Of a stretch of 64,000 nt of DNA, positions 9,624 to 19,714 are shown in pieces; position 1 is the first letter of the stretch, and the number at the start of each line of letters is the position of its first letter. The position numbers and the translations under genes are program-made. The notes under the pieces were generated by a model that was given only the letters and a program-made list of their open reading frames with translations, was not told the DNA's origin and ran no database searches. The stretch comes from Parcubacteria group bacterium (GTDB lineage: Bacteria; Patescibacteriota; Minisyncoccia; Moranbacterales; UBA9337), in assembly GCA_041662245.1 (NCBI GenBank), contig JBAZSW010000005.1, positions 57,837 to 121,836 on the forward strand, in the 5' to 3' direction.

Positions 9624-11414
9624 ATGACAGAAGAAATAACCGTAGAAAAAAAATCAGTCAAAATTCCTAATCCAGTAACTGTAAAAAAGTTTGCTGATAT
9701 TTTGAATTTGTCTGTTGCGGCCGTGATTACAGAACTGATGAAAAATGGTATTATGGCAACCATTAATGAGGAAATTGATTTTGATACAGCTAGTATTATT
9801 GCTGAGGACTTGGGATTTACAACGGAAGAGGACTTGGAGATTGTCGATGGAGAAGCGATAACTTTAGAAAAATTAACAGATATTTGTAAAAAAGAACAAG
9901 AATCAGATGAAAAATTACCACCTCGAGCTCCAATTGTGACAATTTTAGGGCATGTCGATCATGGAAAAACTACTCTTTTGGATACTATTCGCAAAGGAAA
10001 TGTAGCTGCCGGTGAAGCGGGAGGAATTACCCAGCACATTAGCGCCTATCAAGTAAAGAAAAAGGGAGAAGTAATAACTTTTGTGGATACTCCTGGGCAT
10101 GAAGCTTTTAGTGCTATGCGAGAAAGAGGAGTAAGTATTGCTGATGTAGCAATTTTGGTGGTAGCAGCCGATGATGGAGTACGACCTCAAACTAAAGAAG
10201 TAATAAATTATTTAAAAGAAAAGAAAATTCCGACGATTGTGGCGATAAATAAAATTGACAAACCGGAAGCTAATCCTCAAAGAGTTAAACAAGAATTAGC
10301 TGAGTTGGAAATTGTGATTGAAGAATGGGGTGGCGAGGTAATTGCCAATGAAATTAGCGCCAAAAACAATATTGGAATTAAAGAGTTATTGGAAAGCGTT
10401 TTGTTGGTTTCAGAAGTTTTGGAGTTAAAAGCTAGTCGAAAAAATAATGGGCTAGGTGTGGTTTTGGAATCACATCTTGATCCTAAAAGTGGTCCAATTT
10501 CAACAGTTTTAATCAAAACAGGAATGCTAAAAGTAGGACAAGATATTGTAATCGGGAAAACTTTTGGTCGTATCAAGAGAATGGAAGATTTTACAGGCAA
10601 ACAGATTGAATCAGCGGGACCATCTGAACCGGTAATAATTATGGGTATCAATGGTACTCCTGAAGTGAACGATATTATTCAAGTAGCGGAAAAGGAAACT
10701 GTTTTAAAAATGAAATCCAAAGGAGGATTTGGGTCTTCCGTGGGAAGAAATGTTATTAGAAGCAAAAAGGATCTCTATCAAAATTTAGACAATGATCAAA
10801 TAAAAAGATTAAATGTGATTATTAAAGCTGATGTCCCTGGGTCTTTGGAAGCGATTGATCAAATTCTTTCAGCTATAAAATCGGATGAAGTAATTTTGGA
10901 ATATGTTAATACAGGAGTGGGAAATATTACGGAATCAGATGTAAAGTTGGCTCAAAGTACCGGTGCAATTATTTTTGGTTTTAATATTAATGCTACCACA
11001 GTGGCCAAGAGAATGGCCGAAAAAGCTAATGTTATCATCAAACCTTTTAAAATTATTTATGAGTTGGTAGAAGTAATGAAAAATGATATGGCTGATCTTT
11101 TGCCACCAGAAATCGTGAGAACCGATTTTGGAAGGATGAAAATCTTGGCTATTTTTAAGAATGGAAAAACCGATATGATTGTAGGTGGAAAAGTAATTGA
11201 AGGAAAGATTGTTAAGAAATCATTGCTGGAAGTGATAAGAGAAAAAGAACTGATCGGAACGGGAGTTCTGGAAAATTTACAACAAAATAAAAAACCTACC
11301 GATGAGGTAAAGACTGGTAATGAATGTGGAGTTACTTTTGCCGGAGGAACAAAATTAATGGTGGGTGACGTTTTATTTTCTTATAAAGAAGAAGAGGTGA
11401 AGAGGAAATTGTAA
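9624..11414 (+). CDS. infB: Translation initiation factor IF-2 (short form)
   Basis: GHVDHGKTT, GGITQHI, DTPGHEAF, NKID. Confidence 0.97.
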   Translation: MTEEITVEKKSVKIPNPVTVKKFADILNLSVAAVITELMKNGIMATINEEIDFDTASIIAEDLGFTTEEDLEIVDGEAITLEKLTDICKKEQESDEKLPPRAPIVTILGHVDHGKTTLLDTIRKGNVAAGEAGGITQHISAYQVKKKGEVITFVDTPGHEAFSAMRERGVSIADVAILVVAADDGVRPQTKEVINYLKEKKIPTIVAINKIDKPEANPQRVKQELAELEIVIEEWGGEVIANEISAKNNIGIKELLESVLLVSEVLELKASRKNNGLGVVLESHLDPKSGPISTVLIKTGMLKVGQDIVIGKTFGRIKRMEDFTGKQIESAGPSEPVIIMGINGTPEVNDIIQVAEKETVLKMKSKGGFGSSVGRNVIRSKKDLYQNLDNDQIKRLNVIIKADVPGSLEAIDQILSAIKSDEVILEYVNTGVGNITESDVKLAQSTGAIIFGFNINATTVAKRMAEKANVIIKPFKIIYELVEVMKNDMADLLPPEIVRTDFGRMKILAIFKNGKTDMIVGGKVIEGKIVKKSLLEVIREKELIGTGVLENLQQNKKPTDEVKTGNECGVTFAGGTKLMVGDVLFSYKEEEVKRKL

Positions 11415-11521
11415 ATTAGGTAAGTAGTATCTTAGTATAGTAGCTTATTAGTTTTTTTAAAAATATTGTTTATATTTTAATTCTAAAAAACTACAAGCTA
11501 ACATCTAAAAAGCTAAACAAT

Positions 11522-11860
11522 ATGTCTTTTAGAATGCAGAAAGTAAACTCTCTTATCAGAGAGCAAATAGGGGAAATTATTAATCGGGAACTGGACTTAA
11601 AGTCGGGTGTTTTTTTGACTGTGTTTAAAGTTGACACTACTAGTGATTTGAGATACACTAACATATTCATCAGTGTTTTCCCTGAGAAAGAAGGCAAATA
11701 TGTGATGGTAGCGCTGAGGAACGAAAAGAGTAATATTCAAAGAATCCTAAATAAAAAATTGCACATGAAAATACTCCCTAAGTTGGTCTTTAAGCTGGAT
11801 AAGACCGAGGCGCAAGCGGATGAAATAGAAAAAATTCTGCGGGAGATTGGAAGTGAATAA
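11522..11860 (+). CDS. rbfA: Ribosome-binding factor A
   Basis: RbfA-like sequence directly after infB. Confidence 0.9.
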   Translation: MSFRMQKVNSLIREQIGEIINRELDLKSGVFLTVFKVDTTSDLRYTNIFISVFPEKEGKYVMVALRNEKSNIQRILNKKLHMKILPKLVFKLDKTEAQADEIEKILREIGSE

Positions 11861-12041
11861 GGGTGCCAGTTTTTAGAATTTAAATTTAAGAACTTTGAAT
11901 AGCTGATCTTTTCCGGTTGGCTTTTTTTAATCTTAAAATTTAGAACTTATATGTTTTGATATTTTTTAGAAATTGAGGTTGTAGTAAATCAAACATGAAA
12001 TTCCTAAAATTATTAAAATAAATTCAAGGAGATGAATATTT

Positions 12042-12998
12042 ATGAAATTTGAAAAAGAATTTAATACACTTAAATATATAGTGAAAAAATCTGATAAGAT
12101 TTTACTATTTGCGCATAGCCGTCCTGATAGCGATACAATCGGGTCTAATTTGGCGCTTTATTATTATCTTAAAGAAATTGGAAAAGAAGTAACGGTGGCA
12201 TGTTTTGATAAAATGCCCGAATATCTTATGATGTTTGCCCATTATGAATTAAAACATCCCGACGAAATTGATCTACAATCTTATGACTCAGTGATTGCAA
12301 TGGACAGTGTGGAGAGGGGATTTGAGAAAGTGCGAGATAAATTTTTAGATAAGCAGGCGATAGTTTTAGTTGATCACCATCCCGATGTAAAAGATGGAGG
12401 GGATTTAAATATTCTAGACGCAAGTTATTCATCTGTTTCAGAAATAATTTTTGATTTTTTCCAATTTCATAATTTAAAAATTAGTAGTCAAATAGCTACT
12501 TTACTTTTAATGGGAATTTTGGGAGATACGGGAAATTTGCAACATTCTAACACAACGCCTAAAGTGATGCATACAGTGGCTAAATTATTAAATCGAGGGG
12601 CGTCGGTTTCTAAAATTTCCAAAATGATTTTTTCTAATAATAGCTTTGCTACTTTAAAATTATGGGGGAGAGCTTTAGAAAAATCTAAGATAAATCCGGA
12701 TAACAAAATGATTTCAACTGTTATAACCAAAAAGGATTTGGAGGAATGTCGGGCGAGTTATGATGATACGGCTGAGATTGCTTCTATTCTAAATACTGTC
12801 CCCGAGACAAGTTTTTCATTAGTTTTGTCTGAGAGAGACGGTGGGATAATTAAGGGAAGCCTGCGTAGTGAAAAATATAAAGGAGTAGATGTATCAGAAG
12901 TAGCACATCAATTTGGCGGTGGTGGACATAAATTAGCGAGCGGATTTGAAATAAAAGGAAAAATCGTGGAAGATAAGGAAGGATGGAGGATTATATAA
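12042..12998 (+). CDS. nrnA: DHH family bifunctional oligoribonuclease/PAP phosphatase
   Basis: HSRPDSD, DHH, GGGGHKLASG. Confidence 0.9.
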   Translation: MKFEKEFNTLKYIVKKSDKILLFAHSRPDSDTIGSNLALYYYLKEIGKEVTVACFDKMPEYLMMFAHYELKHPDEIDLQSYDSVIAMDSVERGFEKVRDKFLDKQAIVLVDHHPDVKDGGDLNILDASYSSVSEIIFDFFQFHNLKISSQIATLLLMGILGDTGNLQHSNTTPKVMHTVAKLLNRGASVSKISKMIFSNNSFATLKLWGRALEKSKINPDNKMISTVITKKDLEECRASYDDTAEIASILNTVPETSFSLVLSERDGGIIKGSLRSEKYKGVDVSEVAHQFGGGGHKLASGFEIKGKIVEDKEGWRII

Positions 12999-13200
12999 AA
13001 ATTTTCAATGTCCAATTTTCAATGTTCAATCAATATTTAATGAATTAATGCTTTAATGTTAAAATAGAAATATAAATTTTTTTCAATCTCCTCCTCCCCT
13101 TTGAAGGGGAGAGTAGAGAGGGGTTAGTGCTTTCAAACTTTCTATATAAAAAAAGAAACGGAAATGCGACATGTCGCTTTCCGTTTTTGGGTAAGGGGTT

Positions 13201-13404
13201 TCATGCTGGAAATCCTTTTGTTATGCCGTCTAGTTTTTCTTTGTAGTTTTCCAATATTTTTTTTACGTCTTCGGCGCTCCAGAAATTGCCGCTATTTAGT
13301 AGCGTGATCAATTTGTTTACGAGCAATTGTGTTTTTGCCAATTTTTCCCCATCCGAAATGAAGGGGTTTTTTTGCTGTTGTGTGGATTGTGCTGTTGTAC
13401 TCAT
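13201..13404 (-). CDS. Small hypothetical protein
   Basis: SD GAGGAG and downstream terminator-like hairpin. Confidence 0.6.
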   Translation of the reverse strand: MSTTAQSTQQQKNPFISDGEKLAKTQLLVNKLITLLNSGNFWSAEDVKKILENYKEKLDGITKGFPA

Positions 13405-13588
13405 TTTTGTTCTCCTCTTGTGTTTTGTTTTTTTGTTTGCATGAAATTAAACCCAAATAATACTACTATATTTTAAGATAATAGTCAATTAAATTATAAT
13501 TAAAAAATAACTTATCAAATCCTGTAACTTAAATCTTCCTTTATTCTATGCTAAAATGATAATATACTAACATACTAACGTGAAGAAT

Positions 13589-14413
13589 ATGAAAATAGGT
13601 TGTCATATATCAATTGCAGGAGGGGTTTTTAATGCGCCACAGCGAGCGCATGAGTTGGGTTGCGAAGTAATGCAAATTTTTTCACGTTCTCCCCAAGGAG
13701 GTAAAACTCCTGAACTCACAAATGAAATTTGCGAGAAATTTAAGCTACAAGCTAAAAACTATAAACTACAAGCTACTTACATTCATTCCCCTTATTATAT
13801 TAATTTTGCCTCGGCCGATAATCGAATTCGTTATGGTTCAGTAAATGCTATTAAGGAAGAGCTAGAAAGAGCAAGTCGGCTGGGAGCCAAATATGTGATG
13901 ACACACTTGGGTTCAGCCAAAGATTTGGGAGAAAAAGCGGGGGTAGAAAAAACTATTGAGATGTTAAAAAAAACTTTAGAAAATTATAAAGGTAGCACTG
14001 AGTTACTTTTGGAAAACAGTGCCGGAGCCGGAGCGATAATTGGAGATAATTTAAGTGAGCTAGCTCATATAATAAAAAAAGTTAAAAGTAAAAACATTGC
14101 CGGAATTTGTCTAGATACTCAGCATAGTTTCGCTTCGGGTTATGATTGGAGGGATTTTGATGCTACCATTAAAAAAATAGATAAAGAAATCGGAATAAAA
14201 AATATTAAGTTAATTCATGCTAATGATAGTTTAACTGAATGTGGTTCTAATCGAGATAGGCACGCTCATATCGGACAAGGTTTAATCGGAACCGAGGCCT
14301 TCCAAAAAATTGTCACATTTGCCAAAAAGAATGATATTGATATGATTTTAGAAACTGAACATGATGAAGTGATAGAGGATATAGAAATTTTGAAATCTTT
14401 TCGGGGAAAATAA
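13589..14413 (+). CDS. nfo: Endonuclease IV
   Basis: IGCHISIAGG, HSPYYINFAS, LLENSAG, CLDTQH, HAND, DRHAHIG. Confidence 0.95.
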   Translation: MKIGCHISIAGGVFNAPQRAHELGCEVMQIFSRSPQGGKTPELTNEICEKFKLQAKNYKLQATYIHSPYYINFASADNRIRYGSVNAIKEELERASRLGAKYVMTHLGSAKDLGEKAGVEKTIEMLKKTLENYKGSTELLLENSAGAGAIIGDNLSELAHIIKKVKSKNIAGICLDTQHSFASGYDWRDFDATIKKIDKEIGIKNIKLIHANDSLTECGSNRDRHAHIGQGLIGTEAFQKIVTFAKKNDIDMILETEHDEVIEDIEILKSFRGK

Positions 14414-14460
14414 TCAAAAATTTCAAATTAAAAACATTAAATGAATTTTCAAATAACAAA

Positions 14461-14991
14461 ATGAAAAATAAAATTGTTATACCAGGCGAAATTATTGAGA
14501 ATAAAATATTTTTAATAAGAGGCAAAAAAGTGATGTTTGATAAGGATTTGGCTGTTCTTTACGGGGTAGAAACAAGGACGTTAAATCAGGCTGTTAGAAG
14601 AAATAAAGATCGTTTTCCGGACGATTTTATGTTTCAGCTGACAAAACTAGAATTTAATATTTGGAAGTCACAAATTGTGATATCCAATAAAGAGAAAATG
14701 GGATTAAGAAAAATTCCGTTAGTTTTTACTGAGCAAGGTGTGGCGATGTTGTCTAGTGTTTTAAAAAGCAAGCGTGCAATTCAAGTGAATATTCAAATAA
14801 TGCGAACATTTACCAAAATAAGAGAAATGATTATTAGTAATAAAGAATTACGTTTAAAAATAGAAGCGATGGAGAGGAAATATGATAATAAATTTCAGGC
14901 AGTTTTTGACGCTATAAAAAGAATTTTGATAACTCAAGTTGAGGAGACTCCAAAAAATAAAAGAAAAATAGGATTCAAGGTAAAAAAATAA
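14461..14991 (+). CDS. ORF6N-domain DNA-binding protein
   Basis: IRGKKVMFDKDLA.LYGVET..LNQAVRRN..RFPDDFMFQL; FTEQGVAMLS. Confidence 0.9.
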   Translation: MKNKIVIPGEIIENKIFLIRGKKVMFDKDLAVLYGVETRTLNQAVRRNKDRFPDDFMFQLTKLEFNIWKSQIVISNKEKMGLRKIPLVFTEQGVAMLSSVLKSKRAIQVNIQIMRTFTKIREMIISNKELRLKIEAMERKYDNKFQAVFDAIKRILITQVEETPKNKRKIGFKVKK

Positions 14992-14996
14992 ATTAT

Positions 14997-15518
14997 ATGA
15001 AAATCGCTATCATTTCCGATGTGCACAATAACGAAACAAACTTGAAAAAAGTTTTAAATTATTGCGAGCAAAAGAAAATTAAAAAAATTATTTGTTGCGG
15101 AGATTTGGCTTCGGATGAGACTTTGGATTTTATGACGGATAATTTTGGCGGAGAAATTTTTTATACTTTTGGCAATATGGATAACGAGCAGTTGCGAGAA
15201 TTTCAATTCGTAGATGTTTATAAAAATGTAAATTTGTTCAAAAAATTTGGAGAATTAGAGTTAGATAGTAAAAAAATAGCGTTTGTTCACTATCCGCGAG
15301 AAGCAGAGGGTCTGGCTAGAACCGGTAAATACGATTTTGTTTTTTATGGACACACTCACAAGCCTTGGATTTCTCACCTAGATGCGACAGGAGATCATGG
15401 AAAATGCGTTTTGTTAAATCCCGGTAATGTGGCGGGAGAAATTTATCTGCCTACTTTTGCCACGTGGAACACTAAGGATGATAATTTTGAATTAATTAGA
15501 GTGCATGATTTAAAGTAA
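14997..15518 (+). CDS. YfcE-like metallophosphoesterase
   Basis: SDVHNN, CGD, GNMD, GHTH, NPG. Confidence 0.9.
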   Translation: MKIAIISDVHNNETNLKKVLNYCEQKKIKKIICCGDLASDETLDFMTDNFGGEIFYTFGNMDNEQLREFQFVDVYKNVNLFKKFGELELDSKKIAFVHYPREAEGLARTGKYDFVFYGHTHKPWISHLDATGDHGKCVLLNPGNVAGEIYLPTFATWNTKDDNFELIRVHDLK

Positions 15519-15527
15519 TAAAAAATA
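15486..15527 (+). repeat. 42-bp direct repeat (41/42 identical to 16638-16679)
   Basis: TTTGAATTAATTAGAGTGCATGATTTAAARTAATAAAAAATA. Confidence 0.9.
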
Positions 15528-16670
15528 ATGACTGATTTAACAAAAGTAAAAGCTTCAATGATATTAGCTTCGGCTAGATTTTGGGTAATAATTGTTGTTT
15601 TATATTTAACGACGAAAAATTTATCGCAAGAACAAATATATCAATCAATCGGATTTTATTATCTCGCCTCTATGATTTTTGAGTACCCCACTGGAGTTAT
15701 TGGTGATTATTTTTCACATAAAATTTCTGTAATTTGGGGATATTTAATCATTGCACTAGCTATGATTCTTTTTGTTGTTTCAACGACATTCTTAAATATT
15801 ACACTTGTTTATGTCATCTATGCGATTGGTGCAGCTCTCATCTCAGGAAGTGATACGGCTCTTCTTCATGCTGTATCTAAAAATTTTAAGAATGACATGT
15901 CTCAAGTGAGGATATATTCAACCCTGATTTCTGCTGGAGCTCTCGGTGTTGGGGGATGGCTAGGGTCGATAGATTTGAGATATCCATTTTATTTTAATGT
16001 TGTTTTCTTTTTGGGAGCTATCATTTTTCTCTTAAGTGTCAAAAGCAAAAATCAAGAAAAAACAACAGGAAATATATTCGCATTGGCTAAACATGGAATT
16101 TCTTATACTTTTTCAGTTAAAGAACTTCTTCATATAGTACTAGTCTCTTCATTGATAAGCTCTTTTTATTTGAATATTAAATGGTTTTACAATCCTTTAT
16201 TTTTGGCATTAGATATAAATTTAAAGTTCTGGGGTGTTTTGGGAGGAATTTCTATCTTATCTATTATGATGGGAACGTACATATATAAGAAAGTTCCAGA
16301 AAAGAGCATATATCTTTATATGTTTTTATTTATCGGTTCTTTAATTCTAATGGGATGTACTAATTTATTGTGGGTTTCTATGGTAGGTTTTTTTGTTGTT
16401 AACTTTATTAGAGGTTTCTTGGAAACTAAAATAGAAGTAGATATTAATAGGGCTATTAAATCAGAGGTAAGAGCTAGTGTATTATCATTTAGAAGTTTTT
16501 TGACTAGATTTGGAACATATATAATCGTTCTTATTTCGGGTTATTTTTTGCAAAGGTATTCTTTTCAAATGCTGATGTTTATCTTGGCTGGAATTATTTT
16601 TGTTGTAAGTTTTTATTCATTGATAGTAATTAGAAAGTTTGAATTAATTAGAGTGCATGATTTAAAATAA
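15528..16670 (+). CDS. MFS transporter
   Basis: ~12 TM helices, FEYPTGVIGDYFSHK and SGSDTALL motifs. Confidence 0.88.
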   Translation: MTDLTKVKASMILASARFWVIIVVLYLTTKNLSQEQIYQSIGFYYLASMIFEYPTGVIGDYFSHKISVIWGYLIIALAMILFVVSTTFLNITLVYVIYAIGAALISGSDTALLHAVSKNFKNDMSQVRIYSTLISAGALGVGGWLGSIDLRYPFYFNVVFFLGAIIFLLSVKSKNQEKTTGNIFALAKHGISYTFSVKELLHIVLVSSLISSFYLNIKWFYNPLFLALDINLKFWGVLGGISILSIMMGTYIYKKVPEKSIYLYMFLFIGSLILMGCTNLLWVSMVGFFVVNFIRGFLETKIEVDINRAIKSEVRASVLSFRSFLTRFGTYIIVLISGYFLQRYSFQMLMFILAGIIFVVSFYSLIVIRKFELIRVHDLK

Positions 16671-16679
16671 TAAAAAATA
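16638..16679 (+). repeat. 42-bp direct repeat, copy 2
   Basis: Matches 15486-15527. Confidence 0.9.
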
Positions 16680-16680
16680 T

Positions 16681-16968
16681 ATGAAACAGTAGTGCGTCTA
16701 TATCTTAGCCAGTCAAACAAAAGTTTTATATATTGGAGTAACTGGAAATTTACCGAGAAGGATTCAGGAGCATAAAAATAAATCAATAGAAGGATTTACA
16801 AAAAAATATAATTGCACAAGCTTGGTATATTTTCAGCAAACAGAAAATGTAATGAGTGCACTGGATAGAGAAAAGCAACTTAAGAAATGGAGAAGAAAGA
16901 AGAAAATAGATTTAATAGAGAAAACTAATCAGAATTGGGATGATCTAAATGAAAATTTGGGCTACTAA
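16681..16968 (+). pseudogene. GIY-YIG nuclease (YhbQ/UPF0213-like) with in-frame TAG at codon 4
   Basis: MKQ*CVYILASQTKVLYIGVTGNLPRRIQEHK..FTKKYN..LVYF..REKQLKKWRRKKKIDLIE. Confidence 0.85.
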
Positions 16969-16972
16969 TTTT

Positions 16973-17207
16973 GAGATCTTTCGACTCCACTATCGTTACG
17001 CTCAAGATGACATGCTTTGATTATTTTGTACCAATATTTGGTCTGTCATTCCGACCGAACAAAGCTTTGTACTCAAAGATTTGGAAGTGGAGGAATCTCA
17101 GATGTTGTATAATTAAGAAGTGGAAATAATAGCTTGAGATCTCTGTGCCACCGCTAAAGCTTTAGCGACACGCGGTCCATGCATAAATTTATTTAGTTGA
17201 GATGACA
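16973..17207. repeat. Cluster of three REP-like palindromic elements (TGTCATT..GAATCTC family)
   Basis: Units at 16973-17012, 17044-17099, 17136-17207; related copies at 30835-30982 and 31663-31859. Confidence 0.8.
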
Positions 17208-17237
17208 TTCTTGCGGGATTTAAAATGATATAATTTT

Positions 17238-17819
17238 ATGAATAAAGAAAAAGAATTGGAAAAATTAAATAAGCAAATGCTAGCTTGCACAAAGTGTGCT
17301 CTTCGTAGTGGATGCAAACAGGTAGTACCAGGGGCGGGAAGTGCCAAGGCTGAAATTATGTTTATTGGTGAAGCCCCTGGAAAAAAGGAAGATGAGCTGG
17401 GTGTGCCTTTTGTGGGAGCGGCGGGGAAGTTTTTAGATGAAATGCTGGGGATTATAAAACTAAAAAGAGAAGATGTTTATATCGCTAACACTATCAAATG
17501 CCGGCCACCGGCCAATCGTGATCCATCCCAAGAAGAAAAAGATATTTGCTGGCCATGGTTGGAAAAGCAGATTGCCATTATCAGACCAAAAATTATTGTC
17601 ACGCTTGGTAGGCACTCGATGAATTTATTTTTGCCAGAGCAAAAAATTTCCGAAGTGCATGGACGAGCTTTGCGTCGAAACTTCCCAGGACTAGGCAAGC
17701 AAGTATTTTTCACACTTTATCATCCGGCGGCAGCTCTTTATAATGGAGGAATGCGAGAAACTTTGATAAAAGATTTCAAAAAAATTACCAAAGTTTTGAA
17801 ATTGATAAATAATGATTAA
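17238..17819 (+). CDS. udg: Family 4 uracil-DNA glycosylase
   Basis: CTKC, IGEAPG..ED..G.PFVG.AG, KCRPP.NRDP, HPAA. Confidence 0.93.
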   Translation: MNKEKELEKLNKQMLACTKCALRSGCKQVVPGAGSAKAEIMFIGEAPGKKEDELGVPFVGAAGKFLDEMLGIIKLKREDVYIANTIKCRPPANRDPSQEEKDICWPWLEKQIAIIRPKIIVTLGRHSMNLFLPEQKISEVHGRALRRNFPGLGKQVFFTLYHPAAALYNGGMRETLIKDFKKITKVLKLINND

Positions 17820-18255
17820 TTGTTAAGTTGATAATTTACCAGATAGAAAAATTTGATTCTCGACAATTTTTTATTAATTTTTTTGACAGCAAAAAAGTTA
17901 CAAAAAACTGCCACACGTACTACTAAAATAAATAAATCTAACTCTCATCACTAAAACTTTGTGTTCCGCATTCGCTTCATGACAAAGTTTCTTAACGCTC
18001 TTTTCGACCTGCCCGCCAATGCCTAACCAAATGTTACGAATAGTTTTTTTGATGTGCAGAATATATTAAGTCTATGAATTATTAATAGATAAGGCTTTGG
18101 CAGGCGGGGCTGATTTATTTTATTTTATCCGTAAAGTGTGGACGTGTATATGATTTGTATTTAAGGGGTATTTGAACTTAAAATAAAAAGTCACTAATTC
18201 CGTTTAGACGAAATTAGCGACTATGCCTGTTTTATAGGATGTTTTTGATTTTTTG

Positions 18256-18585
18256 TTATGAAAAAAAATCCATAATTTCTTGGCGATATTTTTCCGGAGT
18301 TTTTATTTCCATAGTGACGCTTTCCCAATCTTCAAATGTTACTTTCTGCTTATAAATAGATAAAAGCCCGGCGCCAACAGGTTTTTGATTCTCGAGAATA
18401 ATTACACCTGAGACTTTCTCGTGAATTTCTGCATGGTATTTGCCCTCGGGTAAATCTATAAATGCCATAATCAAAATTCCTCCACTGGAAAGTTTATAAT
18501 ACAGGAATTTAAAAATATCGCCAGTTATTACCCTAGAATCGTAGGGTATAATTTTTCCAAATTCATCAATATGAAAAGCTTCCAT
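18256..18585 (-). CDS. Hypothetical protein
   Basis: SD AAGGAG, 109-aa ORF. Confidence 0.6.
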   Translation of the reverse strand: MEAFHIDEFGKIIPYDSRVITGDIFKFLYYKLSSGGILIMAFIDLPEGKYHAEIHEKVSGVIILENQKPVGAGLLSIYKQKVTFEDWESVTMEIKTPEKYRQEIMDFFS

Positions 18586-18795
18586 AGTGTTCTCCTTATA
18601 GAGAGTTTGATATTTCTTTTGTGATAGTAGGTACTATATGTATTCTAAACGTTTTTTTTGCGAAATGTCAACTAAAAGCTGTTTTTGTTTGTTTGACAGA
18701 AAAATATTTCTATAGTAAGCTGTGGAATCGTACGTTCCCAATTAAATAGTCAATCAATCAAACAATAAATGCAATCATGCAAAGGAGGAATCGGT

Positions 18796-19317
18796 ATGTC
18801 ATATAATTGCCCGTATTGTAAAGGTAATTTGCGGTTTGAGGTGGCTTGTTGTCAAGGTGAGAAGGCAGTAAAGCGCGTTCTCACAGAGGAAGAATATGAA
18901 AAAGTTGAGGCAGAGCATAAAGAGCAATTACGCATAGATAGGGAGATTGCCGAGAAAAAGAAAAAAATCCAAGCAGACTTTCGGAAGTTCGAAGGAAACT
19001 GGAAATATTGGACGAGAAATATCTTGGCAGATGGGGATCTTGCAATATTCTTTTATATGATATTTACTACATTTGCGTTCTTTTTCATTATAGCATGCAC
19101 TGCGGAGTATTATTTCCTCACATTTCAATTGGAGGCCTCAATTCGCCGAGTCTGTGTACTTTTATTTGGAGTGTCCATATTAGTGCTCTTTATTCTTGGG
19201 GGTGTATATTTTTGTCGCCGGAGGCGTTCTCTGATAGAAAGATATCTGGCAAATCTCAAAGCAAGATTTTTTGAGATTAATCCAAGAGCTGTTATGTATA
19301 TCGATGACTTGACATAG
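18796..19317 (+). CDS. Hypothetical membrane protein with N-terminal CxxC
   Basis: SD AAGGAGG, TTGACA promoter upstream, terminator downstream, 2 TM helices. Confidence 0.65.
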   Translation: MSYNCPYCKGNLRFEVACCQGEKAVKRVLTEEEYEKVEAEHKEQLRIDREIAEKKKKIQADFRKFEGNWKYWTRNILADGDLAIFFYMIFTTFAFFFIIACTAEYYFLTFQLEASIRRVCVLLFGVSILVLFILGGVYFCRRRRSLIERYLANLKARFFEINPRAVMYIDDLT

Positions 19318-19500
19318 GGCAGGAAAATTTCTGTCATCAAAAAGCCGTCGTTGGTCTAACTGACGCGGCTTTTTTCTATGGGGAAATAAAAAATTAAAAC
19401 TTTATCATCATGTGAATAAGATGAGATGTGTTGACAAATCTTTCGATATACTATATATTTATAACGTAAAAGCCCCAAAAGGCTTTTTAAAAAAGGCTTA

Positions 19501-19684
19501 GAAACTGTCTAAAATCTTGACGCAAAATGACCGCAGAAAATAAATGCTCGTCCGCTAAAACACCGAAATTCTAGCTGCAAAACTTCGCTTCAGCCTCGAC
19601 GTATCTCGATATGCCTCGGCTTCCAACTTGTTTTTCGCTTAGAATTTCAGCGTTTTATCAGGACGCGAGATTTTAGACAGTTTC
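19501..19684. mobile_element. MITE-like element with 17-bp terminal inverted repeats
   Basis: GAAACTGTCTAAAATCT (19501-19517) / AGATTTTAGACAGTTTC (19668-19684); internal palindromes; no ORF. Confidence 0.7.
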
Positions 19685-19714
19685 AATAATATCCCTAAAA
19701 ATTAAAAAAAATAA

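Noticed and set aside
13088-13125. GC-rich palindrome CTCCCCTTTGAAGGGGAG
   Set aside because: Single short REP- or terminator-like hairpin with no second copy seen in the window
16690-16692. Stop-codon reassignment
   Set aside because: TAG terminates rplK, ispG and murA, and TGA terminates other genes; a single nonsense mutation is simpler
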